DNA of 63,804 nt, the filler included. It is 6 parts of 6 records of this genome, joined end to end, with 100 filler letters (N's around TTAATTAATTAA, not from the genome) between each part and the next. Parts side by side here need not be neighbours in the genome. Positions count along the whole stretch, not along the records: positions 1 to 14,057 come from DRR723986_5614; positions 14,158 to 21,963 come from DRR723986_5636; 4 more parts are not named here. The stretch is one strand, 5' to 3'. Shown here in pieces: positions 10,446-19,621 of this stretch (the first letter of the stretch is position 1; each line of letters begins with the position of its first letter). The notes under the pieces were generated by a model. It worked only from the letters and a program-made list of their open reading frames with translations. It had not been told where the DNA came from and did not search any database. The translations under genes were made by a program, and so were the position numbers.

Positions 10446-10475
10446 AAAAAAGCCGCCCGTTGGGCGGCTTTTTTT
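10446..10475. terminator. Bidirectional terminator between fabZ and gltA
   Basis: AAAAAA-GCCGCCC-gtt-GGGCGGC-TTTTTTT. Confidence 0.9.
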
Positions 10476-10480
10476 ATATC

Positions 10481-11767
10481 TTAGCGATCATCCAAATTTA
10501 TATAGTCGCGTTTTGGAGTACCTGTATATAACTGCCTAGGCCGACCAATTTTCTGGTTCGGATCTTCAATCATTTCATTCCACTGTGCTACCCACCCGCT
10601 GGTGCGTGCCAAGGCGAATAAAACGGTAAACATCTCTGTAGGAAAGCCCATAGCTTTCAAAATAACACCTGAGTAGAAGTCTACATTTGGGTATAGTTTC
10701 TTTTCGATAAAGTATGGGTCCTCAAGAGCAATTTTTTCTAGCTCCATCGCTACATCAAACAATGGGTCATCAACACCTAATTCCTTAAGAACTTTGTGCG
10801 CTGTTTCGCGCATTACGGTTGCTCGAGGGTCAAAGTTTTTATAAACCCTGTGGCCAAATCCCATCAGCCGGAAGGGGTCGCTTTTATCTTTTGCTCGAGC
10901 AACAAATTCAGGAATGCGATCCACAGTTCCAATTTCACCCAGCATATTAAGACATGCTTCGTTCGCGCCGCCATGGGCAGGGCCCCATAGGCACGCAATA
11001 CCTGCTGCAATACAAGCAAATGGATTAGCTCCAGAAGAGCTTGCAAGCCGAACAGTTGATGTAGAAGCATTTTGCTCATGGTCAGCATGAAGAATGAAAA
11101 TCAAGTCCATCGCTTCTTCGAGGACGGGGCTAATTTCATACTTTTCAGCAGGTACAGAGAATACCATGTTGAGGAAATTACCTGCATATGACAGATCGTT
11201 ACTTGGGTATACGAAAGGTTGGCCCACAGAATATTTATACGCCATCGCAGCGATAGTCGGAATTTTTGCAATCATACGATAACTCGCCACCATACGCTGA
11301 TGGGGGTCGTCAATATCAGTGCTGTCGTGATAAAAAGCAGCCAGAGCGCCTACAACACCAACCATAATAGCCATCGGGTGTGCGTCTCTGCGGAATCCGC
11401 TAAAAAACCTATGAAGTTGTTCATGCAACATTGTGTGGTGGGTAATATCCCAAACAAACTTATCTTTCTCGGCTTTGGTTGGTAGCTCACCAAATAACAG
11501 CAGGTAGCAAACTTCCATGTAATCACTTTTGCTTGCAAGTTGTTCAATCGGATACCCACGGTACTGCAGTTCACCTTTTTTACCGTCAATGTAGGTGATT
11601 TTAGATTCACAGCTAGCGGTTGATGTAAAGCCCGGGTCAAAAGTAAACATGTCCGTTTGCGCATATAGTTTGCGAATATCGAGAACTTTTGGACCTACAG
11701 AGCCTTCCAAAACAGGCAGTTCAATATCATGACCGTTTCCGGTCAATTTAAGGGGATCGTTTGACAT
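10481..11767 (-). CDS. gltA: Citrate synthase (type II)
   Basis: [32 protein letters not shown]. Confidence 0.98.
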   Translation of the reverse strand: MSNDPLKLTGNGHDIELPVLEGSVGPKVLDIRKLYAQTDMFTFDPGFTSTASCESKITYIDGKKGELQYRGYPIEQLASKSDYMEVCYLLLFGELPTKAEKDKFVWDITHHTMLHEQLHRFFSGFRRDAHPMAIMVGVVGALAAFYHDSTDIDDPHQRMVASYRMIAKIPTIAAMAYKYSVGQPFVYPSNDLSYAGNFLNMVFSVPAEKYEISPVLEEAMDLIFILHADHEQNASTSTVRLASSSGANPFACIAAGIACLWGPAHGGANEACLNMLGEIGTVDRIPEFVARAKDKSDPFRLMGFGHRVYKNFDPRATVMRETAHKVLKELGVDDPLFDVAMELEKIALEDPYFIEKKLYPNVDFYSGVILKAMGFPTEMFTVLFALARTSGWVAQWNEMIEDPNQKIGRPRQLYTGTPKRDYINLDDR

Positions 11768-11815
11768 GGTCCGTACTCCTATAAATAATCACTCATGCAT
11801 TCCGTAGGGTAGGGT

Positions 11816-13216
11816 CTATGCATCTACCCAGTCGCTGAGGCGACTAAAAACCTCCTCCTGGCCTAATATTTCCAGAAGATCAACTAAATCACCAGATGGT
11901 GCGCCGCGGGTAACAGCGGCTCTAATTGGCTGCATAATTTCGCCCATTTTCATGCCTTTTGCTTCAGCAAAAGACACAATGATTTCCTTAATATTAACTG
12001 ATGACCAGTCTTGTAAGGTCTCCAGTTCTTTTGCCACAGCCTGTATGATGGAACCTTTTCCAGTCAGCATTTTTGCAGCTTTTTCCGTTATGGTTACAGA
12101 CTTTATATTGCAATAAAGTGTCGACGCTTCAACAATGTCCGGTAACCGTTTCGCTCGCTCAACGATAGAAGGCAGTGCCTTCAAAATTCGTGTTCGTTCA
12201 ATGTCAGAAAGTTTTGTTTCAATAGTATCTTCTAGTGCGTTTTCTACGAGTGGCAAGAGATTAGATGGTGATATCTCTCGTAAATAATGAGCATTCAGGC
12301 TATCCAGCTTGTCAAAGTCAAAACGAGAAGCGCCGCGCCCTACATGTTCTAGGTTAAACCACTCAATCGCCTGTTCGGTGGAGATAATTTCATCATCACC
12401 GTGGCTCCAACCCAGTCGTAATAAATAATTCCGCATTGCAGAAGGAAGGAAGCCCATTTTCTCGTAAGCATCTACACCTAAAGCGCCATGCCTTTTCGAT
12501 AGTTTTTTACCATCTGGCCCATGAATAAGCGGAATATGGGCATAGACAGGTTCTTGCCAGCCCATAGCTTTATATATCTGTATTTGTCTAAAAGCATTGT
12601 TCAGATGGTCATCACCTCTAATAACGTGGCTAACCGACATATCATGGTCATCAACCACAACTGCAAGCATGTAAGTAGGTGTGCCGTCCGAGCGCAAAAT
12701 GATCATGTCATCAAGCGTACTATTTTGCACTGTTATTGAGCCTTGAACCTGGTCGTCTATTATTGTTTCGCCCTCACGAGGCATTTTTAACCGGACAGAA
12801 TAGGGGGCTTTGGCAGTTTCTGCATCGGCGGTACGATCTCGCCACATATCACCGCGAAACACTTTGCCTTCTTCACGGGCTTGAGCACGTAAACTGGCCG
12901 TTTCTTCCGCAGATGCATAGCATTTGTAGGCATCGCCGTTTGCAAGCAAGGCTTCAGCTACTTCACGGTGACGGCCAGCCCGTTCGAATTGGCTTACAGC
13001 GTCTCCGTTCCAGTCAAGCTCCAGCCATTTCATGCCGCTTATAATAGCTTCTATGGCATCATCTGTTGACCTCGCACGGTCAGTATCTTCAATGCGCAAA
13101 AGGAAGGAGCCACCATGACGACGTGCAAACAACCAGTTATACAAGGCTGTTCGGGCTCCTCCAATATGAAGGAAGCCTGTTGGGGATGGCGCAAATCGTG
13201 TTACTACTTTGGGCAT
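11816..13216 (-). CDS. gltX: Glutamate-tRNA ligase
   Basis: RFAPSPTGFLHIGG and KLSKR class I motifs. Confidence 0.97.
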   Translation of the reverse strand: MPKVVTRFAPSPTGFLHIGGARTALYNWLFARRHGGSFLLRIEDTDRARSTDDAIEAIISGMKWLELDWNGDAVSQFERAGRHREVAEALLANGDAYKCYASAEETASLRAQAREEGKVFRGDMWRDRTADAETAKAPYSVRLKMPREGETIIDDQVQGSITVQNSTLDDMIILRSDGTPTYMLAVVVDDHDMSVSHVIRGDDHLNNAFRQIQIYKAMGWQEPVYAHIPLIHGPDGKKLSKRHGALGVDAYEKMGFLPSAMRNYLLRLGWSHGDDEIISTEQAIEWFNLEHVGRGASRFDFDKLDSLNAHYLREISPSNLLPLVENALEDTIETKLSDIERTRILKALPSIVERAKRLPDIVEASTLYCNIKSVTITEKAAKMLTGKGSIIQAVAKELETLQDWSSVNIKEIIVSFAEAKGMKMGEIMQPIRAAVTRGAPSGDLVDLLEILGQEEVFSRLSDWVDA

Positions 13217-13396
13217 GTGTGGTTGCACGCTCAGCTTGTTGTTTCAAATGTGTTCTAAATAAAATCAGCATTTTTCAGAAAGAAAATCGCTGTATCAGAA
13301 GCATGGTTGGGTTGTATCATATGTTTTTACAGAACACAAATTGGGTTTGATCTGATTTGCGCTTAAATTTGAGACTATGATAAGCTCGACTAAACC

Positions 13397-14057
13397 ATGA
13401 ATGCTACCCTCAAAAATCAAATGAAAACGACGTTTGCTCATCTAATGAGGGGGGCAAGTTTGAGAGAAGATTGGCGCCTTATTTGTTTAGTGTTAATCTT
13501 TTGTCTAGGAATCCTGTTGCGCTTGGAAGGCCTAGCCTATGAGATTTCAAGTTATGCGATTGGTTCCTTGTTTGTAGTAGTTATGCTGGCTTGCATACCG
13601 GTTAAACCCCCAACTAGAGTTTGGTTATACCCACTGGCATCCTTTATTCTCGGAACAGCATGCGCGCAATATAAACTGGAAACTATTGCAACAAAGACAA
13701 TAGACCAAGAAACTTTCGTTCAATTATCTGGATATATTGAATCAATCGAGTATCGCCCCGGCCGGCCAACGCGCCTAACACTTACCGTAAAAGAAATTAA
13801 CAAAGAACAGTGGCTAATTGGCCGTAGAGTCAGGCTTATTGTCAGAACTGAAACTCCAGAGGCGATTAATGCTGGATGGTTAGTTTCTTTAAGTGCCGTC
13901 TTGCGGCAGCCACCAGGCGCTATAGTACCCGGTGGTTTTGACTTTGGTAAGTATAATAAATTCAACGGAATAGCGGTGCAGGGATTTGCAGCTTCTGCAG
14001 TCGAAATCAAAGAAAAATTTACCAGAAACAAAATGATCAGTAATTATATTGAGAATA
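13397..14057 (+). CDS. comEC: ComEC/Rec2 competence protein, N-terminal TM and OB (DUF4131) part, truncated by contig end
   Basis: TM helices then an OB-like domain with PGGFDF; divergent from gltX as in other Alphaproteobacteria. Confidence 0.75.
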
Positions 14058-14157
14058 NNNNNNNNNNNNNNNNNNNNNNNNNNNNNNNNNNNNNNNNNNN
14101 NTTAATTAATTAANNNNNNNNNNNNNNNNNNNNNNNNNNNNNNNNNNNNNNNNNNNN
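14058..14157. other. Artificial contig linker 1
   Basis: N44-TTAATTAATTAA-N44; GC content jumps and genes are truncated on both sides. Confidence 0.98.
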
Positions 14158-14445
14158 AAGGTACTGATTGTTGACGACGTGATTACCGCAGGCACGGCCA
14201 TCCGGGAATCTATCGACATCATCCGGGCCGCCGGAGCCGAACCGGCCGGGGTGCTGATTGCCCTGGACCGACAGGAAAAGGGCAACGGTGAACTGTCCGC
14301 CATCCAGGAAGTCGAGAAAGAGTTCGGCATCCCCGTTGTCAGCATCATTCGTCTTGAACAGGTACTGGACTACCTGAAGTCCAATCCGGAATTTGCCGGC
14401 CATGCGGAGAACGTGGCCAGCTACCGGGACCGCTACGGAGTCTGA
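14158..14445 (+). CDS. pyrE: Orotate phosphoribosyltransferase, C-terminal part
   Basis: [18 protein letters not shown]-binding motif, ALDRQEKG. Confidence 0.93.
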   Translation, partial: KVLIVDDVITAGTAIRESIDIIRAAGAEPAGVLIALDRQEKGNGELSAIQEVEKEFGIPVVSIIRLEQVLDYLKSNPEFAGHAENVASYRDRYGV

Positions 14446-14448
14446 TGA

Positions 14449-15096
14449 ATGCGTCACCATCTGACCGTTTCTCCTGTTGTTGCCGGCGTTGCGGCCTTCG
14501 GACTGCTGTTTGCGGCCGGCGCCCAGGCAACCATGTACCGTTACACGGATGAAAACGGACGGCTGGTTATCAGCAACACCATTCCCCAGGAAGCGACCAA
14601 ACGTGGTTACGATATCCTGAGCAACAACGGCCGGGTGGTCGAAACCGTTGCCCCCGCCCCCACCGCAGAAGAAATCGCCGCCCGGGAAGCCGAGAAAGAG
14701 CGCCAGAAACAACTGGAAATCCAGCAGGAGCAGGATCGTCTGCTCCTGAAACGCTTCAGCCATCCGGATCAGGCTGTGCGCGCCATGCATCGCAAGATCC
14801 GCGAACTGGAAGGCATTATCCAGCTGAAGCGCGGGAACATTTCAGTAATTTCCAGCCAGCTCGACAGCGAGCAGAGCCGCGCGGCGGATATGGAGCGCGC
14901 CGGCCGGGACATCCCGGAAACGACGCTGGAAAAAATCCGCAGGCTCGAAGCCCAGATTCGTGATATCGAGCGGGAGATTTCCGCTCAGCGGCAGGATATC
15001 GGCAAAATGAAAAAGGCTTACGAAGAAGACATCAAGCGCCTGGAAGAAATCACCGGGGAGACACGAACACTCCCCCTGGAGCCGGAAGAAAACTAA
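14449..15096 (+). CDS. Exported DUF4124-like protein with long coiled coil
   Basis: Signal peptide (AQA), MYRYTDENGRLVISN, charged heptad-rich C-terminus. Confidence 0.7.
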   Translation: MRHHLTVSPVVAGVAAFGLLFAAGAQATMYRYTDENGRLVISNTIPQEATKRGYDILSNNGRVVETVAPAPTAEEIAAREAEKERQKQLEIQQEQDRLLLKRFSHPDQAVRAMHRKIRELEGIIQLKRGNISVISSQLDSEQSRAADMERAGRDIPETTLEKIRRLEAQIRDIEREISAQRQDIGKMKKAYEEDIKRLEEITGETRTLPLEPEEN

Positions 15097-15109
15097 GCTC
15101 CACTAATGA

Positions 15110-15137
15110 CAAAGGGCGCTCAACCGAGCGCCCTTTG
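15110..15137. terminator. Terminator hairpin between convergent genes
   Basis: CAAAGGGCGCTC-aacc-GAGCGCCCTTTG. Confidence 0.8.
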
Positions 15138-15161
15138 CGTATGACTCACCAACTCGCCGAA

Positions 15162-15581
15162 TCACGCAGTGGCGGCAGTGGTTTTCTTGGTCGCAGGCTT
15201 GCGGGCAGTGGTCTTGCGCGCAGCCGGCTTCTTGGCCGTTACGGACTTCTTGGCATCCTGAGCGGCTTCTGAAACATCGTCGGCTGCTTCAGAAACGGCG
15301 TCCGCACCTTCGGCAGCTTCTTTTTCCAGCTTCGCAACCAGCTCAGCGGCGAAGTTGCCAAAGCGGGAGTTCAGCGAACGCAGCTGCTCGAACAGGTTCT
15401 CGGAGTAGCCGTTGTAACGCTTGCGCAGGGTCTTTACGCTGTACTCACGCGCTTCCGCTTCCAGCTTTTCTGCATAATCAAACGGCTTGGACGCCAGCTT
15501 CTTCTGCTGCTCTTCAGCCGCGTTGATGCCTTTCTCAACGATGTCTTGCAGCTGTTCCTGGTAGGATTTCAGTTTACCCAT
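15162..15581 (-). CDS. Phasin/HBHA-like helical protein with histone-H1-like tail
   Basis: GGGAGA RBS; amphipathic helical N-region, acidic linker, tail KKPAARKTTARKPATKKTT. Confidence 0.6.
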   Translation of the reverse strand: MGKLKSYQEQLQDIVEKGINAAEEQQKKLASKPFDYAEKLEAEAREYSVKTLRKRYNGYSENLFEQLRSLNSRFGNFAAELVAKLEKEAAEGADAVSEAADDVSEAAQDAKKSVTAKKPAARKTTARKPATKKTTAATA

Positions 15582-15819
15582 GGTGGTTCTCCCTGTTTTC
15601 CGAGTCATTTCAGCACCGCGATTTGCAGAGCCTTTGGTAACTTTCACCTACCAAAGTACGGCTAAAAATTAGAATGTTCACACTAAACACAGACAGGTTT
15701 TTACCGATTATTTAATTAATCAAAGAATGTCCGCTATAAAACCGCTCAATGCTTCGGGGACAAACGGCGCTTACAAATTCTCAATCACAACCATTGATGT
15801 GGATGGCCTGGAAAGCAGG

Positions 15820-15855
15820 CGGTCAGATCCGGTTGAGGTCAACCGGATCTGACCG
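15820..15855. repeat. Perfect 17-bp inverted repeat
   Basis: CGGTCAGATCCGGTTGA-gg-TCAACCGGATCTGACCG, 10 bp past the DUF2782 stop. Confidence 0.85.
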
Positions 15856-15865
15856 GAAGGACGGA

Positions 15866-16210
15866 TTACCAGCGGAAGATCACCCAGCTGGGCACGAGCA
15901 GGTCGGACTCGGTATCCTGAACCCAGCCACCGCCGTCGGCCGGCACCAGGTAGTATTCCGAGCCAATTTCAGGCACCACTTTGATCTCCATCAGCTGACC
16001 ATTCACCCGATACTCATAAAACACTTCTTTCTCGCCGGGACGAATAACAATCTCCGCACCACCCTCCGGCGGCTGGTAATCGGAAATAACCACAGGCTCC
16101 TGAGGGGTAACCACCGGGGTGGCATCCAGAGCCCCTTCATCCTGGGCCAGCAACGGCGCAGAGAAGCAGCCCCACAGCAGGGCGGAACAGGCGATTCGTC
16201 TCATTTTCAT
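15866..16210 (-). CDS. DUF2782 family periplasmic protein
   Basis: Signal peptide; EYRVNGQL..IKVVP, YYL, C-terminal WVIFRW; divergent from polA. Confidence 0.8.
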   Translation of the reverse strand: MKMRRIACSALLWGCFSAPLLAQDEGALDATPVVTPQEPVVISDYQPPEGGAEIVIRPGEKEVFYEYRVNGQLMEIKVVPEIGSEYYLVPADGGGWVQDTESDLLVPSWVIFRW

Positions 16211-16289
16211 GGTACCCTTTGGTTCATCTTTCTGGCTAGAGTTGCACAAGCCAATCCACGCTTCAATCAGAATCCGGACCTGTTTTGAT

Positions 16290-19016
16290 ATGACTGAACA
16301 AACCAACCCTCCCGTGGTTCTGGTGGACGGATCGTCTTACCTGTTCCGTGCCTACCATGCCCTGCCGCCACTGACCACCAGCAAGAATCACCCGACTGGC
16401 GCCATCAAAGGCGTAATCAGCATGTTGCGGCGGATTGAACAGGACTTTCCGGGCTCAAAAACCGTGGTGGTATTTGATGCCAAGGGCAAGACTTTCCGGC
16501 ACGACATGTATGAGGAATACAAAGCCAATCGCCCCCCCATGCCGGATGATCTGGCGGTACAGATTGAGCCCATTCACGAGATTGTCAGGGCGATGGGCTT
16601 ACCGCTGTTGATCGTGCCCGGCGTCGAGGCCGACGATGTCATCGGCACCCTGGCCCATGAAGCCACCAGCAAGGGCATCGATGTAGTCGTGTCTACCGGC
16701 GACAAGGACATGGCCCAACTGGTCAGCGACCACGTTACCCTCATCAACACCATGACCGAAACTGCCATGGACCGGGACGGGGTCGTTGAAAAGTTTGGTG
16801 TTACCCCGGAGCAGATCATCGATTACCTCGCTCTGGTGGGCGACAAGGTCGACAACATTCCCGGTGTAAACAAATGCGGCCCGAAAACCGCCGTCAAATG
16901 GCTGCAGAGCTACGACAACCTCGACAACCTCATTGAACATGCCGACGAAATCAAGGGCAAAATCGGAGAATACCTCAGGGAAGCGACCGACACCCTGCCC
17001 CTGAGCCGGGAGCTGGCCACCATCCGGACCGATGTGGAACTCGAATTCGGGCTGGAAGATCTTCAGGAACGCCAGCAGGACGACGCAAGTCTGCTGGAGC
17101 TCTTCAAAGAGTACGAATTCCGCACCTGGATCGCGGAACTGGAAAACGGCTCCTCATCAGACGACGGCTCCCAGAGCAACCAACCACAGCCGAAACCTTC
17201 GGTGGAAAAGCAGTATCAGGTCATTACCGAGCAGGCGGACCTGGACCAATGGCTGAAGAAACTCAAAGATTCCGATCTGTTCGCCTTCGACACCGAAACC
17301 ACCAGCCTACGCTACATGGATGCCGAAATTGTCGGCGTTTCGTTTGCTGTTGAGCCGGGAAAGGCCGCTTACGTGCCTCTGGGCCATGATTATATGGGCG
17401 CGCCGGAGCAACTGGACCGCGACTCTGTGCTGGAACAGCTGAAGCCGTTGCTTGAAGACCCGAAACATAAAAAGGTCGGGCAGAACCTCAAGTACGACAA
17501 AAACGTGCTGGCCAACCATGATATACAGCTGGAGGGCATCGCCGAGGACACCATGGTGGAGTCCTACGTACTGAATTCGGTCGGCACCCGCCACGACATG
17601 GACAGCCTGGCCCGAACCTATCTTGATGAAGAAACCATCACCTACGAATCGATTGCGGGCAAAGGCGCCAAGCAACTGACGTTCAACCAAATCGATCTGG
17701 AAAGAGCGGGCCCCTACGCCGCCGAAGACGCTGACATCACCCTGCGCCTGCACCAGACTCTCGCCCCGAGGCTGAAAGACACCGGCAAACTGGAGTCTGT
17801 CTACCGGGAAATCGACCTGCCGCTGGTGCCGGTGCTGTCCCGGATGGAACAGCGGGGCACTCTGATCAGTGCCAGCACGCTGCGCCAGCACAGCCAGGAA
17901 CTTGCCGAGCGCATGGCGGAACTGGAGAAGGAAGCCCACGAGGTTGCCGGCGAAGCTTTCAACCTGGGCTCCACCAAACAATTGCAGGCCATCCTTTACG
18001 ACAAACTTAGCCTGCGGGTCATCAAGAAGACACCAAAGGGCGCGCCATCGACGGCCGAGCCGGTTCTGCAGGAGCTGGCCCACGAGCACGAACTGCCCCG
18101 ACTGATTGTCGAGCACCGCAGCCTGAGCAAGCTGAAGTCCACTTATACTGACACCCTGCCCGAGCTTATCCACCACCGCACCGGGCGAGTGCACACTTCC
18201 TATCATCAGGCAGTGACAGCGACAGGACGTTTGTCTTCATCGGAACCCAACCTGCAGAACATTCCGATTCGGACCCAGGAAGGCCGACGCATACGCCAGG
18301 CATTTATTGCCCCGAAAGGCTACAAGCTGCTGGCCGCCGACTACTCCCAGATTGAGCTTCGCATCATGGCCCACCTGTCTGGCGACAAAGGCTTACTGAC
18401 TGCGTTCGAGCACGGCGAAGACATTCACAAGGCCACCGCAGCCGAAGTTTTCGGCGTGGCGGTGGATGAGGTAACCGGCGACCAGCGCCGAAGTGCCAAG
18501 GCGATCAACTTCGGGCTGATCTACGGCATGTCGGCATTCGGACTTTCGCGCCAGCTGGAAGTGGACCGAAAAACCGCCCAGGAATACATCGACCGGTATT
18601 TCGAGCGTTACCCCGGCGTACTCAAATACATGGACAACATCCGCAAACAGGCCCATGACGACGGCTACGTGGAAACGCTCTACGGCCGCCGCCTGTACCT
18701 GCCGGAGATCAACGCACGTAACAAGCAGCTGCAGCAGGCCGCCGAGCGCACTGCCATCAATGCGCCCATGCAGGGCACGGCCGCCGATATCATCAAGCGG
18801 GCCATGATTGAGGTAGACAACTGGCTACGCCGCGAACACGCCAACGATGCCTGCATGACCATGCAGGTCCACGACGAACTGATCATCGAAGTTCGCGAAG
18901 AAGCCGTAGACAAAGTCAAAGAAGGCCTGGTCAAGCGCATGTCCGCCGCCGCCAGCCTGGATGTGCCACTGCTGGTGGAAGCCGGTGTGGGTGACAACTG
19001 GGACCAGGCTCACTAA
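16290..19016 (+). CDS. polA: DNA polymerase I
   Basis: LVDGSSYLFRAYH (5'-3' exo), FDTET (3'-5' exo), DYSQIELR, KAINFGLIYG, QVHDEL. Confidence 0.99.
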   Translation: MTEQTNPPVVLVDGSSYLFRAYHALPPLTTSKNHPTGAIKGVISMLRRIEQDFPGSKTVVVFDAKGKTFRHDMYEEYKANRPPMPDDLAVQIEPIHEIVRAMGLPLLIVPGVEADDVIGTLAHEATSKGIDVVVSTGDKDMAQLVSDHVTLINTMTETAMDRDGVVEKFGVTPEQIIDYLALVGDKVDNIPGVNKCGPKTAVKWLQSYDNLDNLIEHADEIKGKIGEYLREATDTLPLSRELATIRTDVELEFGLEDLQERQQDDASLLELFKEYEFRTWIAELENGSSSDDGSQSNQPQPKPSVEKQYQVITEQADLDQWLKKLKDSDLFAFDTETTSLRYMDAEIVGVSFAVEPGKAAYVPLGHDYMGAPEQLDRDSVLEQLKPLLEDPKHKKVGQNLKYDKNVLANHDIQLEGIAEDTMVESYVLNSVGTRHDMDSLARTYLDEETITYESIAGKGAKQLTFNQIDLERAGPYAAEDADITLRLHQTLAPRLKDTGKLESVYREIDLPLVPVLSRMEQRGTLISASTLRQHSQELAERMAELEKEAHEVAGEAFNLGSTKQLQAILYDKLSLRVIKKTPKGAPSTAEPVLQELAHEHELPRLIVEHRSLSKLKSTYTDTLPELIHHRTGRVHTSYHQAVTATGRLSSSEPNLQNIPIRTQEGRRIRQAFIAPKGYKLLAADYSQIELRIMAHLSGDKGLLTAFEHGEDIHKATAAEVFGVAVDEVTGDQRRSAKAINFGLIYGMSAFGLSRQLEVDRKTAQEYIDRYFERYPGVLKYMDNIRKQAHDDGYVETLYGRRLYLPEINARNKQLQQAAERTAINAPMQGTAADIIKRAMIEVDNWLRREHANDACMTMQVHDELIIEVREEAVDKVKEGLVKRMSAAASLDVPLLVEAGVGDNWDQAH

Positions 19017-19215
19017 ACACTCCGCAGCTTCGGATAACGCCCTGTTTCTGAACAACATCCTGCCTCCGGGCACAGAAACAGGGCAGGCTCTCCGCTCACA
19101 CCCTCGCAGACACCAGCAAAGACGGCTATCGGCACAGAGGCACGAATTCTGCATTGTCCTCCGATGTCTCGGGGCCCTTCGCCCCATGCAGTGACACCAA
19201 TGCGAGGTCCAAGCG

Positions 19216-19584
19216 ATGAATTCTGCAACCAGCGAACGCAACTGGCTGTTCGACCCCAGTCTTCTGAAACTCGTGCATCAGTGCCGCCGGCTTATCCAGT
19301 CTGAATTCGGCGTAAAACTGCACCTTAACGAAGATGGCCTGGAGCAACACCTGGCCGAGTACGCCCGTAAAACCCGTTCAAAGCATCTGGTTCATACCTG
19401 GGAAGCGCTTAAGCAGAGAGTGCCGGAGCTGAATACCGCCAATATCGAAGAGGAAATTGCGCCACGTATGTACCGCGGACAACCCATAGCGGAGGAAGGT
19501 GCCAAAAAAGCTACAGAGGAAATGTCGGGAGCTGACTGCCCCCGGCAGAAAAAGGTGATCTACCGGGGCCAGGTGGTGGGCTGA
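19216..19584 (+). CDS. Hypothetical protein with two YRGQ motifs
   Basis: GAGG RBS, plausible 122-aa ORF, RMYRGQPI and VIYRGQVV. Confidence 0.6.
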   Translation: MNSATSERNWLFDPSLLKLVHQCRRLIQSEFGVKLHLNEDGLEQHLAEYARKTRSKHLVHTWEALKQRVPELNTANIEEEIAPRMYRGQPIAEEGAKKATEEMSGADCPRQKKVIYRGQVVG

Positions 19585-19621
19585 TTCCGGAAGGAGTCAG
19601 CCTCAGAGGGCTATTCGCGAA

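Noticed and set aside
16119-16289. 57-aa N-terminal extension of PolA overlapping DUF2782
   Set aside because: Longest-ORF artefact; PolA homology begins at ATG 16290.
17307-18206. 299-aa antisense ORF within polA (similarly 14110-14790, 19742-20446, 21343-22011)
   Set aside because: Shadow ORFs from GC-rich codon bias opposite well-supported genes, with no motifs; some run into N linkers.
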